Shown: one piece after another, positions 25,621 through 40,067 of the stretch
Layout of the letters: every line of letters begins with the position of its first letter
Position numbering within the stretch: position 1 is the stretch's first letter
Source of the DNA: Chrysomallon squamiferum
Taxonomy: Eukaryota > Animalia > Mollusca
Assembly: GCA_012295275.1 (NCBI GenBank)
Contig: CM022665.1
Location: forward strand, 41,230,001-41,294,000
Reading direction: 5' to 3'
Length of the DNA: 64,000 nt
The notes under the pieces: generated by a model
Databases searched by the model: none
Seen by the model: the letters and a program-made list of their open reading frames with translations, nothing else
What the model was told of the DNA's origin: nothing
Program-made: the position numbers and the translations under genes

Positions 25621-28600
25621 TGTTCTAACTCGCGGTATATCCTTAATTAAATTGGCTGAAATTAGTTTAATACGTTGAAATGTTATCAAAGTTTCAAATA
25701 TTAAATTCTGAGTTATTTCAGAGCAAGAAAACTTGTCTGTAGAGCTCCTCTAATTTCCTTTCCTTGAATGCCAAGAGAACATCATTAAAGACAGATCACC
25801 ATTTGAGTAAAAAAAAAAAAAAAAAAAAAAATTAATCGTCATTCGATATTAAAGAATTCACCATTCGAGTAAAGACAGATCATCAAGGTAAAATCGTCCA
25901 TCATCTTGTTAAATAAAAACATTAATCTCAGCATCTGCGTTAAATCAGCTTAATAGTACGTGCACTTCTCTTTGAGACTCTGAAACTTCAAGCGTGAGTT
26001 TTATCATGAAGGCTGCACTGCCAGTGTCTACTTTTCTTAGAAATAATTTTAAAAACCCCCCACAGAAACATGATATTTTGAAAGGTCGAGCGAGCAAGTA
26101 AAGTAAACTTCGTGCACTATCTTAAAAAGTACTTCAGCCTTGAAACCATTTAAACACAATTATGCGAGCTCGCCCATTACATTTAATTCTATAGCGTTTT
26201 GCTTTCCAGTTCGTTATGCATTATAAACCCCATCTATTTGCAGGTTCGTTTAACTGTGACAGTCTCCTGGGTTTGCAATTCCAGAGTAAACATCAAATGT
26301 AAATAGACAGGTTTAATGAGGTGGATATTGACAAACAAGAATATATTGAAAATATCACCTCCATTAACACACAGTTATAACCAAACGGTACGAAGTATAT
26401 CTGTATGTAACACTTGGGGATGCAGTCTTTGGTTTTATTTCACTTACCGGTTACGTGTGATTTATTTTTGTTTGGTTAAGAAAGAAAAGAAACGTGGCAA
26501 GCACCAGTTGACTATTACAACATCATCGTTAACATAACAATGTACTGCTCGGCAGGTGGAGAGAAGTTTGCGTGAAGTCTTTTACTTGTAATTTATTAGT
26601 ATTTCTAGTAGACTTGGGCTCAGGACAGAACAAGGCTTAGCTCCAGTAGCAAAGCGCGGTTACTTGGTGCGCGGTCAATTTAGAATCGAGTTCTGAAGAC
26701 AGACAAATGGGTCTTCTTCTACTGTCCAAGCCAGTGTCTTGTGATTCGTACATCACATACAGTGGTATGTCCTTTCCTCTCTTTGAAAAGACGATTAAAA
26801 TAGATCCACTGATGCTAAAGAAAATTAAAAAATGTACAAGCCAAATTCTCTGAAGTAACAGTCAGAATTAATTTGTTTCAGTGGTATTATTATTATTATT
26901 GTTGTTGTTGTTACTGCAGTTGTTGTCCATGTGGGAGCGAGACCTAAGGGACGAAGGGGAAAAAAAAAAAAAATGAAATAAATAAAGAAGAAAAAAAGAA
27001 AATAATGAGAAGAAAAAAAAATCTGAAGAAATGAGACATAAGTCACTTCTAGGGTACAGCCCCAATTCATTTTATATTCAGACACCTTCTTTTATTTGAA
27101 ATAATACATTAATACCACTTTATCGAGGCGGCATTTCTGTTTTAACAATGATCATTATTATGATAAAAAAAAAAAAAAAAAAAAAAATAGTAATTTTTCA
27201 CCAAGACTAAAGAAACGAATAATAATAATAATAATATTTTTATTGTTACATCGTCGTTCCGCTCTTTACTTCCATGAAAAAAAAAAAACAAAAAAAACAA
27301 GAAACGTTTCAATTTTCAGGTAGGCTATGTACGATCGACTTGAGTGATAAATCCAATTTAATTTAATTTTTAATGGTATTTACAACTGAAAAACGTATTT
27401 TCATTTATAAATACAACTATACATCTCTGCAAGTTTGATGGGTGTATATTATTCAACTTCAGACTGGTCGATTATGCAATCAAAATTGAGTATTTTCCCT
27501 ATATTGTTCAAGAATAAATGATAAACATAAAGGAAATAGGTGTGTGCGTTTATTTCGTATTATAACTAATACAATATTGATTTAGGTTTAGAAAGAAAGT
27601 GGTTTATTCATAATTTAAAAATACATTTCTGGGACAAACATGGTTAAATGTAGACATAAAATATTATATCTTTTATTGCTACTACTATTACAAAATAAAA
27701 CGAAAAAAATAAAAAATAATAATAAAAATAATAATTCAACAAATATGTAACTGAATCTAAATATTTTTATCTGAACATCTTATGTGATTTTGGAGGTAAT
27801 TATTAATAAATATATTGTGATGAGAATAAATTTTCATCGCGGTTTCTTTGGTGGGAGCCTTTTTAAAAATAAAGACAATATATAGCAGTTAAATGCATTT
27901 TCATTTTATTTTACATAATAATAATAATAAAAAATCTGTAGCAATGTAAAATATGGTTATTTATATGTTTTCTCAGCATTTACTTTATAAAATATAATGA
28001 TTATAAATTCATTTTTTGAAAAAGAAAAAAGAAAGAAAAAAGTATTTGTAAATGGATATTATTTTTGTTTTCAGGCAGCTTTTAAAAAAAATATAATGAC
28101 CAAAATACAAAAACACTACAAATATACCTGGATAAATGGAATTTTAAAACAGATAACAAATCCTATAATTGCAAAATTTCATCTTTAATCCAGCCAGTGG
28201 TAACAATCAAGAAGAAAAAAAAGAAAAAAGAAAAAAAAAAGGTTATATATAAAATGACAAAACATTTAACCGAGACGTAAAAGTGTTTATTAACTTATGA
28301 AAACACATTTCTGTTTATATTTAAGAATGAAGTATAATTACACTGGTATCTTCTACAAGCCACGCAAATCACAGCAAAAAAGGAAATATACATTTGGTAT
28401 AATAAAAATAAACAATAAAAACTATATGTATATATAAACACATACTCGCACACACACATACATACATACATACATAAACACACTCCAGTGTATAACATAT
28501 ATGACTTAAACATAAAAGTTTCAATCCAGTTTAATGTTGAAAAGCAACAATTCATACTACTGAATATGTGAGCTTTTAAAATTTCAATATAAAATACACT

Positions 28601-29784
28601 TTCCTAAAAAGTCAATTTTTGCAGTATTAAATATATCTAACTATAAAAATATATAACTACAGTTAGATGTGTTATGTTGAATAGCTTGTCTCATCTTCAG
28701 AGATTTATCATAGTTCTAAATTTTGAGCAAATGCTGGTGTAATGATGACTGTAGCTGTCTACAAACAAGCAATATTCTCCGCAATAACAATTCACATTAT
28801 ATAAGCCACGTATATATAAAAAAAATATATATATAAAATAAAAATGGCTGTTACCCCTGGAACTATTTAATTAAAAAAATTGATAAAGTGTAGGTATACC
28901 CCCAAAAATTATATATATTTTACACATATGTATGTATGTTACAGGAAATATGGGTTTTGGTGCTTGCACTGGTCTATCATCATGTACCCTCCCTCCTTAA
29001 ATTCTCTCTCACTAGGGGGCCAGACAATGATCTACTTGCAGTATTACATTACCATTTTCATGAGTGAATCGGACATTACACATATCTTCTGAAATGTTAA
29101 GAAATTATATTTATTTCCTGTAAAAAAAACAATCACACACACACACACACACACACTTAAAGAAATACAAAATTAATATAGATCCAAAATTTATATTTTA
29201 AAATGTAGACAAAATGGTTCAATAATTCAAAGTTTATTCAATGGACTAGATAGATAATGTCCCCAGTTTATAATGCTGATGAATTTGTTCAACACAGTAG
29301 AGTAAGTGAAGTGGACCAGTGTAATATTATAATTACAGAGTAATCATTTTTTTGGACAAATAAACTATGATCATTTTTAAAATCAGGACAAAATGGTTGA
29401 TAAATGTATGCAAAAAATAAAGCTGTTTACTTTTTAGATAATAAATTATTTAAAAGGTGTTGTGCACAAGTCAACAGGCCAAGGTATAGTTTACTTTCAC
29501 AACCAGTTACACTATTCACTAAGTGGATAAATTTGTCTATAAAACTCTCAATGGATCAGCATATAAATTCTGGGTTTGTGCAAAGAGTTAATCTGATGTT
29601 TTAAACTTTCACCATTTATTGTATATTTTTGAATTTTTATTATTATTTTTTAGACTATAACCAAGTTAAAAGGAGTTCAATATGAACAATTTTTTTATCT
29701 TCTAAAAAACAGTTCCATTATAAACTAAACAAGTTTGACGAGTGCTAGCTGCCGTTTTCCAAAGTTTCTGTCGATTTTGCTTTT

Positions 29785-32700
29785 TTATGCATATTTTACA
29801 GTGTTTTCTAGAATGAGTTTCTCACACACTGTGAGCTGTCGCGCGAGTCTGTGAGCATCTGACAGTGAGTCCTTCTGTAACTCAGCCTCGTCCTCCTGCA
29901 ACAACAAATAAATAAATGATTGTTTACCTCATAAAATTCGATTCTTAACATTTTGTTACGTGTGATATAGTTTCTGTTTTATGATGAAAACTGATCGAGA
30001 AAATATGCATGCTCTTATTAGTTAGCAGAAAAAAAAAATTCTTTTAAGTAAACCATTTAACAGAAATGAAAGCACTATTTTAAATCTATTAAAATATTGA
30101 CACATTCTGAATAGCAAACTAGTAATGTGAAAATAATATTTAAAAAACTGCACCTAGTCGTCCTGAATGATTTTGACATCAGTATTCTACATCTATTACT
30201 AATACATCAGATCAAAAATTCTGAGAAATTATATTGAACTGTTTTGGTTACCTCTCTAGTAGTTGGATAAGCCTTCAGTAACAGAGAGGCTCTCATCTCC
30301 AAGAAATTCCACACTTTGAGGTCATTTTCTGGTAACACTGGTTGCCGCAGATCTTTCAGTTTCAACATGTCTTCCACTGTCATTTCTCCAGAAAACTTCT
30401 CTTTCAGAGTGTCTGAAGTAAACAAATATTTCAGTGCTTTGTTACATATTTAAATTTATATACATGAATGTTCATGGGTGAGTGCTTGTGTGTATATGTA
30501 TATATGTGTTGGTGAGTGTGAGTGTGATATATATAATAAAGCTCTTTAAAAAGACCATCATAATAAAACTTTTTTTCAGTCTGTTGGTATCATATCTCCA
30601 GAGCTGCTTTTTAACATATTAAAAAAAATTAACAACAAAAATTCTAAATCCTAACATCATACAAGATCAGATTCAGCCATTAGACCTGAAACTAATCCCT
30701 CATGTTAGCTTAAATACACACACATGTGACAGCATGGCATCTGTAAAACACTGGTATTATGTTGAGCATACATTTTAAAAAATATGTGCAGCTTACTGTC
30801 CAAAAAATATACTTTTTCCTACATGTCCACATTTATTATAACTTGCATGTTAAATTTAATTTATTTTTAATTTTTAATTTTTTTTTTTCACCTTCCTCCA
30901 TGTTGAAAACTCGAAGAAAAGCCAATAGGTCTCCATCTATTGGATTTTTACCACAGTGCAGAAAATACAGTCTGGAACTGAAATAAGAAACAAATTATTT
31001 TAGATATTGATTGTAAGAAGAGTAAGTTTAAATAGTAGTTAAATGTATCCCAGGATTTAATTATGCTACCTGTTAAATACTTAGCCAAATCATTTATTAC
31101 AATTTGTTATCTTATTATTCGTCATTACAGAATACTAAAAGTTAAGCACCAGATATCACCAGCAAATTCAGAATAATAAAGAAAAAAACACAAACAAAAT
31201 CAAGAAACACACCAAAAACAAACAAAAATAACAACTACATAAAATTGACAACAAAATAAAACTAATAAAATCTTACGGTTCAAGTCCAACTTTAGATAAT
31301 ACTTCTGACTTCAAACCAAACAAAGGATCTCCTTTGCTAATTCCTGCATTAAAAAAAAAATAATAATAATAATAAAAAAAATAAAAAAAAATAAAATTAA
31401 GGTAAAAAATACATTTAAAGAGGTTAAGTAATACACAATGGCCAAGGGCATTCATTAAAATACAGGACAGAAAAGACTATCACCCAAATAATCCATGACA
31501 CTAGTGATAAAAACATTGCCTGTACAATTACTGCCGAAGTTTTTGTTTTTCATTAGTATCATTAGAAAATAATAATAAAAACCTGCTGTTAAAAATATTT
31601 ATTAATGACTTCATTTCAAATTAGCTTTGATTAGTTTCCTAGTTTTCTTGAAAAAAAAAAATAATAATAAAATAAAAAAAATAAAGCCCTATAATTTATT
31701 GAGCTGAATTATAAAAATAATATATCGACAGAATATACATACCCAATTTCAGACACAATCTATCATTTTCATTCTCAGGATAAACAAATCCATTATGTAC
31801 AAGAAATTCAGCATTTGATCTTGCACCATAGAATATGTAAATCTGAAGAAAAAAAAAATGGAATAATAATAATAATGGTGATAATGATGATAAAAATTAT
31901 ATTGATGATGATGACAGTAATGATGATGTAAATGATAATGAAGATAATAATAGTAGTGATAATAATGATGATATTATGGCTGATTGTAGACAATTAAAAA
32001 CGATAAAGTATATGACATACACATATTTTATCAATCATATACACTGTCATAATAAACAAATAAATAACTAATAAATGAATAAATAAATAAATAATTAAAT
32101 AAATAAATAAATAAACTGTATTTTTTACACACCTGTTCATCTTTGTTAAAATCTCTCAGGCAGTAACATTCACCACAATCCTTCTCAACATTAAAATCTG
32201 CAGTGAACTGAAAATAAACATAAATAAAGAATGAAAATTTAAAAAAGAAAAGAAAAAAGAACTGTATACCAGAACTAATTTTTTTATATCTGAAAAAAAA
32301 AAACACCCCAAAAAAAAACACCCCAAAATCTCCACCAAATACCAATATTTATTTATTTATTTAATTTTTTAATTTTTAATTTTTATTTTTTTCACTGGAC
32401 AAAGAATAGATAGATATACTGTAATTAGAAAAGGCAGATTTGTTTTATAATTTAAAAAATCAAATTAATATTGAAACTGTTTAAAACAGAGACCACCACC
32501 ACTATATCTGCATCCAGAACATTCTATCAGTTTCAGTCTCTCACACACTGAGAATCTGTGTCAGACAATTCAGGTTTCTAAGCTGTGTACTCAAGTTAGG
32601 TATGTTTTAAGTGAATGAAAAATGTGTTAAGCTATTGTTTGATGGGAGAGAGACAGAGAGACTTACATGTCCATTAGTGTGATTGCACATGTCCCACAGT

Positions 32701-35700
32701 GGAATCAGTCCAAAACTTGATAGAGAGCCGTCTGGGCTTGGAATCTGATTTTGTCTGGTCATAACAGTTGACACAGCCCATCTGTAAAACATAATTTTAA
32801 TATAATTTTAAAAATAAAATACTTTTTTTTTTTTCTGAAATTATAATAATTTAAAATAATATATAATGTGATAAAATTAAAAAACAAATGGTTCAAAATA
32901 AAAAAGAAATTTGATAAATAAAATAAATTAAAGAATTAAGAAAAAATTTAAAAATAAAGGACTAATAAAACCATTACCTGTAATCATCATATGTGAAGCT
33001 ATCTTTTAGACCAAGATTAGCAGCTGCTGCACTTTTCTGTTTATAATAATAACAATAATAATAATAATAACAGTAATAGTAATAATAATAATAGTAGTAG
33101 TAGTAATAATATTAATAATCATAAAAATAATAATAATAGTAATAACAGTAATAATACTACTACTACTAATAGTAATAGTAATAATAATAATTATAACAAT
33201 AGTAGTAATAATAATAGTAATAATAATAATAATGATATACAAAAAAAACATAAAAATAAAAGGTGAAGCAGTTTAACCATCACTATTTTACATTCCAGTG
33301 AAATTGTGAGTTTATTTAATCATTTAAACAGATGAAGAAACAGACATTATGAACAAAAAATAAACAAACAAACAAATAAACAAAACAAAATAAAACAAAC
33401 TTAAATGATATATATTGGCAAGACTGTCATCTAAGCTCTTTTCTTACTGAGGTAAAACATTGTTTATAAATGATTTGTATTTTATTTACCTGTAGCAGTC
33501 TGTAGAAATATGCATACTGTCTGGCAATATTTCTATACTGACTAATACAGTCACCTGCAAATTAATAAAATAAATAAATAAACAAACTAACAAACAAAGA
33601 ATAATTTAATAAAAATGTGTAATATACAGGATGGAAAATTAGTTCATTTGTTTACTTGTTTTGTTTAATTAGAAACAGGTAACTCATTACTCCATAAATT
33701 TTTTTCACTTATTGCAAACAGCGATTTAACTTTTTTATATTTAATAAAATAATCCATGTGAAGTATTAATATATTCAAATTTTTTGTTCATACATTTAGC
33801 ATATATTTTAAAATCAACACTAGCAAGTCAGATTATTAAGTTAGTTAAAAATATATTACTAAAATTATAAGAATAATATAAAATATCAGTTTTATGCTAT
33901 ACTATAAATCGTGCTTTCAAAAACATATTTTATATTTAATAAAACAATCTCTCGGATACAGAAAGTATATTGGTACTCATTTTTATGAATACAAAGAGGG
34001 TATGTTTTAAGTTTAACAGTACATAGTTTCATAAAAGAGTTAATATGATTTTGAAATATGCTAATAATAAAAATAATGTAATAAAAATTACCATGATACA
34101 AAATATATTTAGGCACTCTGTCATTACAAATATGTTTAAAAAAATTATAGTTTCATAAAAAAGATAACATCAATTTGAAACATACTGTGAAAATTAAAAA
34201 TACTGTGATAAAAAAATGACAAACATTGTTTAAAAGATTATAGTTTCATAAAAAAGATAACATCAATTTGAAACATACTGTAAAATTAAAATAAGTGTAT
34301 TTAAAAAAAAAAAAAATGTATTTAGGCATTCTGTTTACACAAATAGAGATTGTTTTAAAAATCAGCAGTTTTATGAAACAGTTAACATGAGTTTGAAAAA
34401 TACAGAGTGTAGTGAAATTTACCATGAACAGGGGATCCCTTCAAACAATTAAGATCATCTACACTGAAGAATAATGGTGTCGTGTAGCTGGATGGAAGAA
34501 TGTCTGAATTAAATCAGGAAATAAACCTGAATGAATGACTTAAAAACAAACCTAGCTTCTCTAACTCCTAGACAGTAACAGAAACATTGCACATGAACAA
34601 AGATTATGTATAGAAATATAAACACTCAATATGTAATTAGTATATAAATATTACACTTTATTATTAGCAAAGTTTGGTTACCAGTTATAATAATATATAA
34701 AAGTAATTTAGGCAAATGGAAAATATATTTGGATTATATGTGTGCATATCATCAAATTTTTATTTTACTGGTGAAGAAAACTTTTTTTTTAATATAAACT
34801 TTAGCATGACTTAGCAATAAAAATATAAATTAGTAAAATTTATCTGACTAATGAAAGGATACCGATATAGGGTTTCCAGAAAGAATCCGACTTCTTTCTC
34901 TCACACAGTACATGTAGTGCTAATGTTACATTAGGCATTGCTTGTAACATTCTGTCTTCAGCATAGAGAGCTCCTACAATATAATTATAATAATAACAAC
35001 AACAACAAAAACTAAAAAACACACACAAAAAAACGGAAATAAAATTATATAAAAATAAAACGAAATAAAATAAATAACTGTTATATTATTATTTAATTTT
35101 AAGTAACCTCAGTGGAAACTATACATAATTTGTACACAAATCTGCTTTGTTTTTTTGTTAAATGTTACAAGAATTTCAGTTAAGGGAAGATAACTCTTTT
35201 TTTTTTAAATTGTGAAAGAAATGGATTACGTAAATAAATACAAACTATTAATATGTATAATCTTCACGGTAATCAATAAAATTCTAACAGCCTGTGGGCA
35301 AACTGATAGAAAGTACTGTGTTTAAATCATGACATTGTTAAAAAAAGAAAGAAAGAAAAGAAAATACTAGATTATACACATTTTCTAGTTTGGTGTTTAA
35401 TCTTCATAAATTTATTAGCAAAAGTTGTTATTTAGAAGATTGAAAAAAATAAAAATAAAAATAAATACATTTTTTTTTTTTAATTATGACTACAGCATAT
35501 GAAATATATTTGGGATGTTACGTCATGATAGGTAATTTCTTATAAAAATAGTCTGTGATGTGAAGTTTTCCATGTTGATATTTTACCTGAAGTACAATTA
35601 TTTTAAACTTAAACCCGGATAAATTAGACACACATACCTAGTTCAGATTTCTTTGCTGAATCAACAGTCATCATCAGCTTTCTAGGTATGGAGAGAAATA

Positions 35701-37855
35701 GTTCTGAGGCCTAAAAATGAATTTACTTTACATGTATGTTAGGAGAATGAAATGAAAAATAATGTAGAGTACTTAAGTAAAAATCTCCTAATTATTTTGA
35801 CATAAGCAATATTTTAATTTTTTTACATCCCTGCATTATCATATGACCAGATGAAAAACTTTATTATATATAATCCAAGTTTTATTGAATCCATCTTATT
35901 TTGACTATGCATTTTCGGATGAATATTTAGATAGAAAATGTTCTTATGCTGTTTAAGTACAAGAAACTAAAATCTGTATTACAGACAACTGTATTACCCA
36001 AAACTACATCTAATTCAAACTGTTTAATCTGGTTTTTTTTTTATCAAATGTGTATTTTAAATTCATATTCAAAAGTCCATGGCTATGTTAATTATATTTG
36101 AATTATTACTTATGGAAGTTGTGCAATACGGTAATAAAGAAAATTCAGATTCAGAAATAATTACTATTGTTATGATAAGTATAACTTGCATATAATAATA
36201 ATAATAATAATAATAATATTAATAACTAATAATAGATTAACTAATTAAGAAACAAACAAATTAAGTAAGAAATAAAACAAAATAATGTCGTAAATTTAAA
36301 ATTAGGATCTAAAATTTGATGTATTTCTATCTGAAGAATGTTTACAATGTAGCTTGAGGATCCCTGATTTGAAATTCTGAAATCTGAAAAGTTCCATAAT
36401 CCAAAAAGCTTTGAAATCCAAAAAAATTGTTCAGTTTTCTGATTGTTTTGAAAATATGGACTTTATTTTATGCACAAAAGTATTAAAAATATCATTTTAA
36501 AAATCCTGCTATTGGTATAAGCTGTATATCAGATATAAATGGTTTTTGTATTTAGACTTAGATCCTATTCTCAAGCTATATCCTTATATTCCCAAAACTG
36601 AAAAATACCAAAATGACAAATGCTTTGTCTTACCTATTCCACATAAAGGATTCTGAACCTGCATATATCTAATATCTTAATCATTAAAAATTAATTAACT
36701 GAGGAAATCAGAAAGCGTTTACCTTGAGATCTTGCTTTGCTTTTAGACCAAATCCACACTGAGGGTAGCTGACTATCTCAACATTGTCTGCATTCACATC
36801 ATTTTTATTGAGCCACTCCAAGAATGGAGTGAACAACTCTTCTCGCTTCTTCTCAGCTGTTGCTAAAGCTATAGTAAATAAATAATTTAAAAAATGTTAA
36901 TATAATTTTTAAAGATGATAGATGAAAATCTAAGATTTAACATTAAATAGTTTATCTTTTGTGTGTGTGTGTGTGTGTTTTAATGACAATAAACAATAAA
37001 TGAAAAATATGAAAATCTGAAAATGTTGAAATTTTCTTAGGAGTTTTACCATTTCAAACGAAAAAAATAAAACCAACCACTGCAACTATTCATGGAGAAT
37101 GACAGGCAAGTTTTAACCAAAAATGGTAATTTCTATTATTTTTAAGTCATGGAACAGTAAATGATATTCTGTTTCTTTTAACTATTTTTACATTTCAGTG
37201 TCCTAAATATGTAAATGATAAAATTATATAGAACACTTTATCAATGGATCTAGTAGTATATATATTTTTGTATTGCTCTGAACATTTTACTGCAAGCAGC
37301 TGAGGTAAGACTGAAACTATCTGTCAGCATGCTATTCCTAATGGCTGAAGATATCTTAAACATCTGTTACATTATCTTTGTTTTATGTGTGTGATATATA
37401 TTACTTTTAAATCAACAAAAACAATTACTGATCCAAACATAATTTTTTTTAAAGTATTTTCAGATCACATGTTACATTTTACTATTTTTAACCCTTTTTG
37501 ATATGTTAAGTGGATATAACCACTCAAAATTTTATCAATATTAACTATAGAAAGCAGATTAACCCCACTGCTGTAAAAAAAATAATTCTTGTTATGCTGC
37601 GGGGAGGGGACACCCTCTCCCCTCAACTCCCAAACATAGTTTCAGCCAAGTATACACTGACATCTTGGCACAGCAGTGCAACTTTAAGTTCTGTTGATTT
37701 TGCTGTGAGCTATTTTTAATTATGGAGGACAGAAAGAACACACTAACGTGACTGAAGTTTTCTGATTTTCTCAATCAGTTTATGAATCTCTGCATGGTCT
37801 TCTAGTTCCTTAACTCCTGCAGCAACAGGCTTGGAGCAGACTGTAGATAAATAGA

Positions 37856-37894
<39 letters not shown>

Positions 37895-38069
37895 AAATCA
37901 TGCAATATGATTTAAAATAACTAATAAAAACAGTTATATAGATCATTTGATGATAGCAAATTGCAAATAACAGTAAATTAAAAATAATAAATAAATAAAT
38001 AAATAAATAAACAGAATTAGGAAATATGATCTAAAATAACTAATGAAAACAGTTACCTAACTGAAAAAC

Positions 38070-38101
<32 letters not shown>

Positions 38102-38352
38102 TTAATAAAATTTATCAACTGACTAACAGGTAAAGAGATAAACAAAATAATTATTATTATTTCTTTTTAGATGAAACTAAAATTATGATTAAATACTGGT
38201 ATTAAGTTATACACAAGCCTACTTTGTAACAGCTGATAGACCAGTTCTCCAACCTCTTTCTTGGCTGCCTTAGACAAAGTTGGTGGTTCAGCAGAATCAC
38301 CAGTGTTTGGAGGACTTGCCTTTCCTCCTCCTTTTTTGTGTTTCCTACCCAT
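29785..38352 (-). CDS. SETD3: Actin-histidine N-methyltransferase SETD3, about 490 aa, 15 coding exons
   Basis: Exons 38352-38223, 37840-37748, 36868-36723, 35710-35638, 34973-34863, 34503-34423, 33554-33490, 33036-32978, 32781-32667, 32207-32133, 31842-31743, 31343-31277, 30977-30892, 30412-30252, 29895-29785; phase-consistent. Diagnostic motifs SQYRNIARQYAYFY, YRWAVSTVMTRQNQIP, LIPLWDMCNHTNG, QIYIFYGARSNAEFLVHNGF. Confidence 0.96.
34015..34402. repeat. Degenerate tandem repeat (about four 95-125-bp units) in a SETD3 intron
   Basis: Recurring TAGTTTCATAAAA..ATAACATCAATTTGAAACATACTGT-like core near 34024, 34148, 34241, 34367. Confidence 0.7.
34504..34862 (-). other. Putative U12-type (GT-AG) minor intron in SETD3
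   Basis: Donor GTATCCTTT; TTTCCTGAT (34521-34513) about 10 nt from the AG; no strong polypyrimidine tract. Confidence 0.6.
36350..36661. mobile_element. pogo/Tigger-like MITE (degenerate)
   Basis: Ends TAGCTTGAGGATCCCT ... AAGGATTCTGAACCTG, internal AAATCTGA repeats; homologous to 52056..52306. Confidence 0.7.
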
Positions 38353-38887
38353 GACGACAGTCTAAAAGTGAAAAATTATATTTTTACAATTATATTAACT
38401 GGTTGCTGCCTTTGGAAGTAAAAAAAAAAAAAAAAAAAAAAGATGCAATGTTTTTCAGTGATCTATCCAGCAGAATATGAAAGATATGGCAGGTATGTTG
38501 TTGTTATTGTTGGGGGGGGGGTGTTTTTTAGAGGGACTGGAGCCACAGACTGACAAATGATGAATTTCTAAAAGCAATTATGATGCTGCAATGCAGAAAT
38601 AAAACAGGATAAAACAAAACAAAATTGTTAAGAGTCAAAAAATAAAAAATAAAAAATAAAAATAAAAAAAAAAAAAAAAATAATAATAAAAAAAATAAAT
38701 AAATAAATAAATAATAATAAATAAAAAAAATTATGTTTGCGAAATGTTTAACAATATTGTTGAATACCATAGTTTTCATCTCATCATGAATCACTCATCT
38801 GTCAAAAGTACCCTTATTTGGGCATTTTATTTTATTTTTTACTGCCGATTTATCCTTCTTCACTTAGAGTGGTGCATACGTATTCCA

Positions 38888-39982
38888 TGTTATTTGAGGC
38901 TATCTAATTAATAATTCTTTAAAATATACAATACACACACACACACACACACAAAATACCGAAGAGTCGGAAGAGCGGCCTTGTAAGTTCTGCTGAATAT
39001 TGACTTGTTAAAAGCATTATGATATCGTAAGCATTACTTAGGGCTTAAGAACTAAAATTTTCACATTACTAAATTATATTGCAACAGATGAAAATGAAGA
39101 TAAATTCGTAATTTTTATAAGCTTTAAAAATAATAACAAGCAACGTTAATTTTTAACATTTATTCTCACTTACATTACACACGAAATTATTTCCCGTACT
39201 ATTGAGCCACAAAACGTCATCAATATTTGAGTAACAGAGAAAGCGCCGAAAGAATCAGTCTTGAATTCGGAAACATTTGAACTGGTTCTGAGCATATATT
39301 TATGTATTTATTATTATTATTATGTTTTTAACAGAACAAATTAGCCATTTAATAATAGTTATTAAAAGGTTAATTTGTTCAGTAAAAAAAAAACCACAAA
39401 TATATGCAGTGCTCGCTCTCAGAAGTGAATAATAATAGTTACCATCATTTGAATGTCTGTGGTTGTTTCTTTTTGTTTTATTTTTTGTTAGAATGACAGA
39501 GATTTGTTTTCTTCTCTAAGGGTGGATGGATGGGTGGGTTAATATTTTAATCATTGCATAACATCTACCATAAACTTACTAGTGTATGTTATTATTATTA
39601 TTTTTTTTTTAATGTTTTTCAAAAACATAATGTAAAAACTTTATTATGCATTTAGTAATTGTTGAAGTATATAAAATAAAATTTCTTTTCCCTGTTTTTG
39701 CTTCAGGTCAGTGTGTATGGAATTTTAATGACCGAATGATATCATAATGTTATCCTATAATTTTAATTTTTTAAAAAATTAATTAATATATATTTTTTTA
39801 AAGATAAAGGTCTTAATTATAATAATACATTTTCAAATTTATGTGGGGTTTTTTTCCAGATATCCCACAGTTGTTATTTGAGGCTATCTAATAAATAATT
39901 CTTTAAAACATACAATTAATATATATATCTAAATTATACATGGAAAATACTGAAGATTCAGAAGAGTGGCCTGGCAAGTTCT
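38888..39982. repeat. Pair of ~105-bp direct repeats (38888..38990 and 39872..39982) bracketing the probable SETD3 non-coding first exon/promoter
   Basis: TGTTATTTGAGGCTATCTAAT..ATAATTCTTTAAAA...AAAATAC(C/T)GAAGA...AAGTTC in both; candidate 5'UTR donor GTAAGT at 39173 and acceptor at 38362. Confidence 0.8.
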
Positions 39983-40036
39983 TAAACCCTAAGTAATGTT
40001 TAAGATATTGCTTTAACAAATGCAGTATTCTAATGT

Positions 40037-40067
<31 letters not shown>

